IMG/VR virus record: IMGVR_UViG_3300025168_000112
Span: 1 to 54,566 of that record
DNA: 54,566 bases
Direction: 5' to 3' (one strand)
From: a virus
Taxonomy: Duplodnaviria; Caudoviricetes
Part shown: positions 48,454-54,566 of the stretch, one piece after another
Layout: every line of letters starts with the position of its first letter
How positions within the stretch are numbered: the first letter of the stretch is position 1
Notes under the pieces: model-generated
Told to the model about the DNA's origin: nothing
Database searches by the model: none
The model's input: the letters and a program-made list of their open reading frames with translations, nothing else
Made by a program: the position numbers and the translations under genes

Positions 48454-50470
48454 GTGCTGTGACCCCTCCCGGCGTACCTAAGTCTCCTAAAGGAGTTTTA
48501 TTTCCTTCATAAAGACCGTCAAACCAGTCTTGGTGCGGTACTTTTATTTTTTCTTTAACTGTAGAATTAAACATTTCTTGCATCATAAACATACCTACAA
48601 TTAAAGACATTGCACGGTCAAAGTTACCCTGATGGTTAAATTTTAACAGCTCTTGTAGTAGTGCTACATCATAAATTTTATTTACATTTAATGTAAATGT
48701 ATCATCTGAATGCCTACCACGCTGAGATTCTAACCAATCTCTCAGGTATAACTCACCTTGCCTTTTCCTAGTTTCGGTCATATGCATACCGAATCCCCTC
48801 TTTACAGTTTTAGATTGAAGCTCTTTATTTTGGAGCATTTCAAACTCTGGCTGTAATCTATGCAAAAGTCGGAATCTTTTTGCATATCCAATAACATCTC
48901 CTCGATCATTTTCAAATCCTATTTTTGCATTGTACAAAATAGACAATCTAAATAGATTGCTATTGTACTCATCTTGCGTATTTGGTCTACCTACATACGA
49001 CGCTACAATCATATCATCAGGTTGTGATATTCTATTAGGTCTTTTTATAACATAAGCGGATCCTAATGAGCTAGACGAAGATTTATCATGTGCGTAGGGG
49101 TCATGACATATATAATACAAAAAATCTGGAACTTCACCTTTTGTTTTAAAAGGAGTTTCATACATTACTACACACCCTGCTAAATCATCTTCTGTTCTAT
49201 GTGGGTATCTTACTACGGGTCTTAAATCCCAATTTGCTTTAAAAGAAACTTTGCTGTCTTCTTGTATAAGCTCTCCAGGCACACCCATTGTATGAAGATT
49301 TTTTGCTTTTACTCTATCTAACTGTGCTTTTATATTTGCTTGGTTAAATAGGTTTGCAGTACTCTGCAATGTAGCTTCTTCCGGTGTAAATGGATGTTCA
49401 GCTAAGTATTTGTCATAAGACTTAGGATCATTACCTTGTCTTTTCTTCTCTCTTTCTCCAAGCTCAAATGCTTTAGCTTTTTCTATAAGAGAGTTTCCGT
49501 GCTCATCTATAAAACCATCTAGTATATCGTAGATAGGAACAAAGAACCCGCATTTAGTTCCAAACCCTGAATCACTCCAAATATTATCAAATTCAAGACA
49601 ATCATAGGATTCAGGATGGTAAAATAATTCATCTAAAGATTCAAAACCCGTTCCCTCAGTACCGCCTGTACCAAAAGCTATCATTGTACCTAGAGTTTTA
49701 GAACCTTGACGCATAGTAGGCATTGCTACGTTCCAAGCATCTAAAAGTTCAGGGAATGCACCAGCTTCTTCAAAAAACACTAACTCACCTGCTTTACCCC
49801 TTACTTTATCTGAGTCATCTTTAAGGGATACACCGGCGATAGAGCTTAATAAACCTTTTTGTATAAACTGTCCGTTCACACGTTTTTTATACCCAGAAGT
49901 TTTCTCCATAGGTCTGTCTAACAGCCTTGGTTGTGTCCAAGCTGTATTGTCATCTATGAAGTTCATCATCTCCCAGGCCTTTGTAAGAATAGCATCTACA
50001 CCCGTCAAGTATTCCTTCATACCAGCAAACACAAAGTTTTTAGAACCTCGTATATGAAAATAATTTCTATTAAGCATAGAAGCTGACTTATAAGAGTAAC
50101 CTTTACGTCGTCCTTTAAGTACAGTTAAATGTTTATTAGTTCTACGGCACTCGTCTACAGCAGTAAAGTATTCATGGTCTTTATCATAAAACTTTGGAAA
50201 ATGTTGCTTACGCTCTGCAATAATGGTCCCGTCTGGGAGTTCTTTATCTACAGCAATCTGTATAGGGCAATAATTGAGATAAAAATAATGATATCCTGTA
50301 ACTGTTATATCTCCTTCTTCAGTAGTATAACCTTCTAAACACCTCTTTTTTTCTTTATCCCAAAACTCGTAGTAAGGCTGTGTATTTGGTGGGAATGGAC
50401 AATATCTACCGTTTTTATCAAAGTAGTTTGCCGCAGGAGATACTCTATGTACGTCCTTAAATTTATTCAT
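48449..50470 (-). CDS. terL: Terminase large subunit
   Basis: 673 aa. TGYHYFYLNYCPI, Walker A-like LKGRRKGYSYK, Walker B VFFEEAG, FGTGG, nuclease CHDPY...ENDRG...GNFDRAMS. Confidence 0.95.
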   Translation of the reverse strand: MNKFKDVHRVSPAANYFDKNGRYCPFPPNTQPYYEFWDKEKKRCLEGYTTEEGDITVTGYHYFYLNYCPIQIAVDKELPDGTIIAERKQHFPKFYDKDHEYFTAVDECRRTNKHLTVLKGRRKGYSYKSASMLNRNYFHIRGSKNFVFAGMKEYLTGVDAILTKAWEMMNFIDDNTAWTQPRLLDRPMEKTSGYKKRVNGQFIQKGLLSSIAGVSLKDDSDKVRGKAGELVFFEEAGAFPELLDAWNVAMPTMRQGSKTLGTMIAFGTGGTEGTGFESLDELFYHPESYDCLEFDNIWSDSGFGTKCGFFVPIYDILDGFIDEHGNSLIEKAKAFELGEREKKRQGNDPKSYDKYLAEHPFTPEEATLQSTANLFNQANIKAQLDRVKAKNLHTMGVPGELIQEDSKVSFKANWDLRPVVRYPHRTEDDLAGCVVMYETPFKTKGEVPDFLYYICHDPYAHDKSSSSSLGSAYVIKRPNRISQPDDMIVASYVGRPNTQDEYNSNLFRLSILYNAKIGFENDRGDVIGYAKRFRLLHRLQPEFEMLQNKELQSKTVKRGFGMHMTETRKRQGELYLRDWLESQRGRHSDDTFTLNVNKIYDVALLQELLKFNHQGNFDRAMSLIVGMFMMQEMFNSTVKEKIKVPHQDWFDGLYEGNKTPLGDLGTPGGVTAL

Positions 50471-50978
50471 TGTACTTGCTTACTACTACTCCACCGAAGG
50501 TGTCATTGACTTCAGACTCTTTTTTAACTGCATCTTCTAAGTCTTTAAGTCCGTTTATAGTCTTACCCATATCCCCTAAAACTTTCATATGTTTTGCGGG
50601 GTCGTAGTCATCATCTTCAGGGTCTACCATTTCAAGCCATTTCTTAAGAGTTTTAATACTTTCTTTTGCAGACTCTAATAGTAGCATTGCTGCAGAGCTT
50701 GTTTTTACATACTCTTCCATTGCAGCTTTAGCAAGCTTACAAGGCTTAAAGTTTTTTCCAAATACAGATGTACATACTTCTTCGTGCCTCTTTTTTTCTT
50801 CGTATGCAGAATAAGAAGACCTTGGGTCTTTCATAAAGTATATGTATCCAAGAATTTTACTCGATTCTTCTGAGCCATATTTGTCTACAAGCTTTTTAAA
50901 AGCATCTATAGACATGGTGTAAGAGGATGGAATTATATTCAACTCATGATTTAGTTCCAGTAGACTTTCTCTTAGCAT
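50463..50978 (-). CDS. Putative terminase small subunit
   Basis: 171 aa helical protein overlapping the TerL start; YIYFMKDPRSSY...LKDLEDAVKKE...GG. Confidence 0.55.
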   Translation of the reverse strand: MLRESLLELNHELNIIPSSYTMSIDAFKKLVDKYGSEESSKILGYIYFMKDPRSSYSAYEEKKRHEEVCTSVFGKNFKPCKLAKAAMEEYVKTSSAAMLLLESAKESIKTLKKWLEMVDPEDDDYDPAKHMKVLGDMGKTINGLKDLEDAVKKESEVNDTFGGVVVSKYNE

Positions 50979-51171
50979 TGTTAATGTGTTTTAACCTGCC
51001 CGGTTTTACACGGAATATGCCAAACTTTGGTAGTCTTACGGATTCAAATTTTCCATCTGCCATAGTTTGAGACACACATTTAAATTGAGATTTTACAATC
51101 TTTTTAACCTCTTTTAAAGGTAATCCATGTTTTGTTGCAAGTAAGTGTATAATCTTATCAGCTTCCGTCAT
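50944..51171 (-). CDS. HU/IHF-like DNA-binding protein
   Basis: 75 aa, basic; IIHLLATKHGL...VRLPKFGIFRVK matches the HU/IHF signature. Confidence 0.8.
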   Translation of the reverse strand: MTEADKIIHLLATKHGLPLKEVKKIVKSQFKCVSQTMADGKFESVRLPKFGIFRVKPGRLKHINNAKRKSTGTKS

Positions 51172-51409
51172 CCTCTCTTTCCCATTTAGGAGGGTTCATA
51201 GCGCACCTAGATGTTTTCCATTTTGTTTTTACTTTCATATTACATCCGCATAACACGCACAGTCCATTTAAGTATTTATCGCATTCCATGCAAGTTGAAA
51301 GTCTTTTTTTAAAAGTTGCAGGATCTACAGTTTTCATACCACCTTTAACATGTGTAGTAAGCTCTGTAGCAAATTGCCAAACTAATTTACCTAACTCCTT
51401 CTTCTTCAT
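51158..51409 (-). CDS. Small Cys-rich (probable metal-binding) protein
   Basis: 83 aa; RLSTCMEC...CVLCGC.MKVK.....RC....KW. Confidence 0.65.
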   Translation of the reverse strand: MKKKELGKLVWQFATELTTHVKGGMKTVDPATFKKRLSTCMECDKYLNGLCVLCGCNMKVKTKWKTSRCAMNPPKWEREDDGS

Positions 51410-51578
51410 TTATTTCGATATGTAATAAACTTCCTTTTGTAGAATACACTACTAATATAAATACATCGCTGTCTGCAGCCCAAAATAATTGATTAACTAA
51501 TGTTTCATTATCCGACAAGCATAACGACCTCCACACGTGATCTTTCTTCAAAGATTTTAGATAGTTTGTAAATTCCAT
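51387..51578 (-). CDS. Possible small hypothetical protein (start uncertain)
   Basis: Fills a 98-bp gap but overlaps both neighbours (71 and 23 nt). Confidence 0.3.
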   Translation of the reverse strand: MEFTNYLKSLKKDHVWRSLCLSDNETLVNQLFWAADSDVFILVVYSTKGSLLHIEINEEEGVR

Positions 51579-51828
51579 TTACGTATAGGATTGCCTTTTT
51601 TGTTTTTAACCTTTTAATATAGGTATTTATTACTTCTTTAGACATTCCAATTGATGCAGCAGCCTCTCTTCTATTAAGAGTACCGCATAAATCTCCTTTT
51701 GCATCTATTAAAGCACCTAAAGTAAGAATCTCTTTTGGAGACAATCCAACAGGGCCGTTCCAGAATCTAAGTCGATCTGATGTTTTTTTAAACTTTACTT
51801 TTATGATTTCCTTTTCATTAAGCGCCAT
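51508..51828 (-). CDS. Winged helix-turn-helix DNA-binding protein
   Basis: 106 aa; LSPKEILTL...RREAAASIGMSKEVINTYIKRLKTKKAI...GIYKL. Confidence 0.72.
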   Translation of the reverse strand: MALNEKEIIKVKFKKTSDRLRFWNGPVGLSPKEILTLGALIDAKGDLCGTLNRREAAASIGMSKEVINTYIKRLKTKKAILYVNGIYKLSKIFEERSRVEVVMLVG

Positions 51829-52040
51829 CCTTCAGGTTTTAAAGTTATAATTGTTGACCTATCAAGATTATTGTAAGCCGCTGAAACCTTATCTATATCT
51901 GAGATTTTATTTACAGTATCTAGTATAGTGTAAATATCATCTTCTACAGATCTTAAAGCTGGTATGTATTCTTTTAGCTTGTCATCTGCTTTTTTTAAAG
52001 ACTCAAAGTCTTCTAAAGATATTGTAACAGTTCCGGTCAC
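51801..52040 (-). CDS. Hypothetical protein
   Basis: 79 aa starting MTGTVTISLEDFESLK; start overlaps the upstream stop. Confidence 0.55.
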   Translation of the reverse strand: MTGTVTISLEDFESLKKADDKLKEYIPALRSVEDDIYTILDTVNKISDIDKVSAAYNNLDRSTIITLKPEGWRLMKRKS

Positions 52041-52330
52041 AGCACTCCCATTATTTGATTTTCTTGTGCAACTAAAACAAATTCTTCTTCCAAATCGTCT
52101 ATAGCTAAAATAGCTACTGGCATCCTTGGATCTAAAAGTGCTTTTTTCCCTTCTACAATCTTAGAATCTAGTACTCTTTCTCCTACGCTTAGTATAGTTA
52201 GTACGTTCCTCTCTATATTATCTGCATCTTGTCTCATAGCATCTTTTGTTCCATCTAATAATTCAATTTTGCTTTCTGGTAGTTTTTCTCTGGGGTCTTC
52301 TAGTACAACCCATGTTCCTGTTGCTTTCAT
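52037..52330 (-). CDS. GroES-like co-chaperonin
   Basis: 97 aa; MKATGTWVVL...SKIEL...TILSVGERV...VEGKKALL...LVAQENQIMGVL parallels the GroES/Cpn10 pattern. Confidence 0.68.
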   Translation of the reverse strand: MKATGTWVVLEDPREKLPESKIELLDGTKDAMRQDADNIERNVLTILSVGERVLDSKIVEGKKALLDPRMPVAILAIDDLEEEFVLVAQENQIMGVL

Positions 52331-52361
52331 TATAACAAGTTTATATTTAAATAATTATGTG

Positions 52362-52369
52362 CAAATATA
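52362..52369 (-). promoter_or_regulatory. Bacteroidota -7 promoter element TATATTTG(CA) heading the GroES-to-TerL operon
   Basis: TAnnTTTG match in the AT-rich divergent intergenic region, 31 nt upstream of the ATG. Confidence 0.7.
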
Positions 52370-52431
52370 AATAATTGATATGATAATAATTTGCTGTATT
52401 AAAAAAATTTTTATAATTCGTTGAAAATCAG

Positions 52432-52439
52432 TAGTTTTG
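52432..52439 (+). promoter_or_regulatory. Possible -7 element TAGTTTTG for the inverted exonuclease gene
   Basis: TAnnTTTG match 23 nt before ATG 52463; no -33 box seen. Confidence 0.4.
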
Positions 52440-52462
52440 ATTAATAACTATGCCTCCAATCA

Positions 52463-53329
52463 ATGGAACTTAAATTCCTTACTCCGCCATCGGGGTTCAA
52501 AAGGCTATTCTACGACATCGAAACCAGCTACGAAGTTGGTAAGTTTTGGAGGCCATCTTTTAAAGCTGTAATTCGCCACACAGATGTATTTATAGAGTCT
52601 GCTATTATTTGTATTAGTTACAAGTGGGAGGGACAAAAAGGTATAAATACTTTTGTCTGGGATGAAGGCGACGATAAGTTAGTAGTTAAAAGATTCATTG
52701 ATATTGCTATACAAGCAGATGAGATCATTGGACATAACGGGGACAACTTTGATGAAAAAATTATTAGGACCCGTGCACTCTTTCATAAAATACCCTGCCC
52801 TTCTAAGTTTCCTAGCCTAGATACATTAAAGAAAGCCCGCCGGCACTTTAGAATGGATAGCAACACTCTTGAGCATATAGCTAAGAGATTAACAGGCTCT
52901 GGAAAAGATAAGATGGAGTATGCTGATTGGGATTATATCTGCAAGCCTCTTATACCTAAGTTCTTTGGATTTAAAGTAGAATTACCAGATAGCTACAATG
53001 AGGCTATAAATAAAATGGTAAAATACTGTGAACTAGATGTAATAAAGCTAGAAGAAGTATTTAAAGAGCTTTTACCTTACATTGATCACAACCATCATGT
53101 AGGTGCTTTTGAAGGTCACGGTAGATACTCTTGTCCTTCTTGTGGATCCGAAAATGTTTATCACAATAAGAAAAGAATTACTAAAGCCGGTATGGTTAAA
53201 CATACTTTAAAGTGCCCTCCTTGTAAGAGATACTATACAGTTAGTAATAAAGTCTATATGATTAAGCTAGAAGATGACTGGAAAGCGGCGATGGCAAAGC
53301 AGGAAGAAGAAGCTAAACGTTTATCGTGA
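52463..53329 (+). CDS. RNase H-fold (DEDD-type) 3'-5' exonuclease with C-terminal zinc ribbon
   Basis: 288 aa; ExoI YDIETS, ExoII GHNGDNFD, LDTLK, ExoIII YCELDV; CPSCGS...CPPC. Confidence 0.88.
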   Translation: MELKFLTPPSGFKRLFYDIETSYEVGKFWRPSFKAVIRHTDVFIESAIICISYKWEGQKGINTFVWDEGDDKLVVKRFIDIAIQADEIIGHNGDNFDEKIIRTRALFHKIPCPSKFPSLDTLKKARRHFRMDSNTLEHIAKRLTGSGKDKMEYADWDYICKPLIPKFFGFKVELPDSYNEAINKMVKYCELDVIKLEEVFKELLPYIDHNHHVGAFEGHGRYSCPSCGSENVYHNKKRITKAGMVKHTLKCPPCKRYYTVSNKVYMIKLEDDWKAAMAKQEEEAKRLS

Positions 53330-53929
53330 AATAAAGTTTCTACCAATACTTACTCCTAGAAAGTGATTTCCATTGTACCCGTAGTCAGCTGCATAATACA
53401 TTCTATTGGATGTAACTTGTAACCCTACTCCCATAAGTGGAGTATACTTATCTTTAAAGTCGGATATTAATCCTACATTTCCATGCACACCTAGTGCAAA
53501 CTTACTAGGTTTAACCTTTTTATAGTTGTGCGTTACAAAAAGATTTTCACTTCTATTCTGGTAGTTATTCCATTTCAGAGATACAGATACATTTTCAAAA
53601 GATATTAGTGTATCGTACTTATTTACTTCTGTTAGCCAAGTTTCTACTATAGATACTGTGTCCACTGTAAATACAGTGTCTCTTTTTAAAATTTCGTTTG
53701 TTACAGTGTCGTAATGCGTTACGATCTGCTTTTCTACAAACCTAACGGTATCTACTCTCCATCTATCTACGTATTCTGTTACAAATACAGGAGTTTTTAC
53801 TTCAATAGTTTCTGTTACAGGTTTACCGCTAGTTGTTCCACACCCCTTCCAGGCTACTACCACTCCTAGCAGGAATGCTATCAGATAAGGTAGGTATTCT
53901 TTTAACAGATTTACAACGATCAAGTTCAT
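53321..53929 (-). CDS. Membrane-anchored lysis protein, spanin-like
   Basis: 202 aa; N-terminal hydrophobic helix ending WKGC, DTV-type repeats, C-terminal amphipathic beta strands; downstream of the endolysin. Confidence 0.6.
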   Translation of the reverse strand: MNLIVVNLLKEYLPYLIAFLLGVVVAWKGCGTTSGKPVTETIEVKTPVFVTEYVDRWRVDTVRFVEKQIVTHYDTVTNEILKRDTVFTVDTVSIVETWLTEVNKYDTLISFENVSVSLKWNNYQNRSENLFVTHNYKKVKPSKFALGVHGNVGLISDFKDKYTPLMGVGLQVTSNRMYYAADYGYNGNHFLGVSIGRNFISR

Positions 53930-54023
53930 TTTCTAATTTTTCTACTTTGATAGACAAAGCCACAACTATAAACAAAAAAACCCCACTTAAAATATAGAAA
54001 ACTTTTGATTCAACTTCTTTCAT
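53829..54023 (-). CDS. Small single-TM membrane protein (holin- or i-spanin-like)
   Basis: 64 aa; TM segment FYILSGVFLFIVVALSI, ATGA-coupled to the amidase, short coiled coil. Confidence 0.5.
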   Translation of the reverse strand: MKEVESKVFYILSGVFLFIVVALSIKVEKLENELDRCKSVKRIPTLSDSIPARSGSSLEGVWNN

Positions 54024-54433
54024 AAGTCTTTATACTCTTCTCTAGCATCAAACGATGGGCAAGCTTTTTTAGCAACGTCCCTATGCCCAATTATTTGTGC
54101 TTGAGGGTATCTATCTTTAAGATCTTCTAAAATACACTTTAAAGTTTCTTTTTGCCCTTCTGTTCTAGTGTCTTTAGGTTCTAGGTTCTCATCTACTCCT
54201 CCTACATAGCACACACCCACAGAGTTTTTATTAAATCCTTTGGCATGCGCTCCTTGCATATACTCTTTCCGGCCTTCTTCTAAAGTTCCGTTCAAAGTTA
54301 CAATCCAATGATAGCCTATATCATTCCATTTTCTTTCATCTACGTGCCATCTTCTTATTTCTTCAACACCCACATCTCTACCTTCAGGTGTAGCAGTACA
54401 ATGTATTATAATCTTATTAATCTGTCTTGACAT
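54020..54433 (-). CDS. Endolysin, N-acetylmuramoyl-L-alanine amidase (T7 lysozyme-like)
   Basis: IIIHCTAT, DIGYHW, GAHAKGFN..SVGVCYVGG, GHRD...KACPSFD. Likely start MSRQINK (ATG 54433), just after the upstream stop. Confidence 0.93.
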   Translation of the reverse strand: MSRQINKIIIHCTATPEGRDVGVEEIRRWHVDERKWNDIGYHWIVTLNGTLEEGRKEYMQGAHAKGFNKNSVGVCYVGGVDENLEPKDTRTEGQKETLKCILEDLKDRYPQAQIIGHRDVAKKACPSFDAREEYKDL

Positions 54434-54443
54434 TGTATTTATT

Positions 54444-54566
54444 TTATTCAAATCCAAAAAACTTCTTTATACGAGTCCACCTACTATCTGCAGGTGCATC
54501 AGGGTCCCATTCTGCACTGTTTAAAATCTTTCTCATCTCTGCATGCGTGTAGGGACCAGTCTTACT
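54444..54566 (-). CDS. C-terminus of a hypothetical protein (starts beyond the window)
   Basis: Manual translation SKTGPYTHAEMRKILNSAEWDPDAPADSRWTRIKKFFGFE*, stop 10 nt before the amidase ATG. Confidence 0.6.
   Translation of the reverse strand, partial: SKTGPYTHAEMRKILNSAEWDPDAPADSRWTRIKKFFGFE

Noticed and set aside
342-50338. Numerous short plus-strand ORFs and nested minus-strand ORFs in the ORF track (e.g. 342-776, 9761-10090, 18911-19150, 43669-43914)
   Set aside because: They lie antisense to or inside long, motif-bearing genes and have Ser/Phe/Leu-rich shadow composition with no recognisable motifs.
48449-50470. Intein or self-splicing intron in TerL (also considered for vRNAP and MCP)
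   Set aside because: Reading frames are continuous, motifs appear normally spaced, and I saw no intein terminal motifs or homing endonuclease ORFs.
54434-54457. Longer amidase start given in the ORF track (54457)
   Set aside because: It is a TTG overlapping the upstream gene; ATG at 54433 follows the upstream stop with an A-rich leader and gives a typical amidase N-terminus.
1-54566. Stop-codon reassignment (TAG or TGA recoding, known in some crAss-like phages)
   Set aside because: Genes up to 13 kb are intact in the standard code and tile tightly; TGA (e.g. 21218, 48449) and TAG (28648) act as real stops.

Overview
AT-rich, almost entirely minus-strand, densely packed late (virion) region of a crAss-like phage (Crassvirales type). 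The host is most likely a Bacteroidota/Flavobacteriia cell, judged from TAnnTTTG promoters, A-rich start regions without Shine-Dalgarno sites, and SprB-like and GCxDP repeats. In the direction of transcription (right to left) the window holds: a lysis cassette (amidase, two membrane proteins); one inverted RNase H-fold exonuclease; small genes (GroES-like, winged HTH, Cys-rich, HU/IHF-like); putative TerS, TerL and portal; an inserted cargo pair including a 1328-aa multidomain peptidoglycan hydrolase; scaffold-like protein, major capsid, ring and auxiliary capsid genes; tail fibre and adhesin genes; tail tubular and stabilization proteins; cargo proteins; a 4326-aa virion RNA polymerase polyprotein (membrane-like N-terminus, HExxH zincin, DFDID RNAP); and a truncated giant protein with a degenerate zincin and a PD-(D/E)xK nuclease that the ORF track missed. 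The standard genetic code fits, and I saw no tRNA, CRISPR array, intron or intein. The most interesting signals are: (1) a short peptide motif (KYGG / LPKYxxG[GT]) that recurs at module boundaries of three unlinked putative cargo proteins, suggesting a processing or packaging-tag system; (2) a GC-rich RNA structure with alternative folds right after the capsid gene; (3) a shared 10-bp box at three late promoters. All product calls come from motif recognition and gene order, not from database searches.
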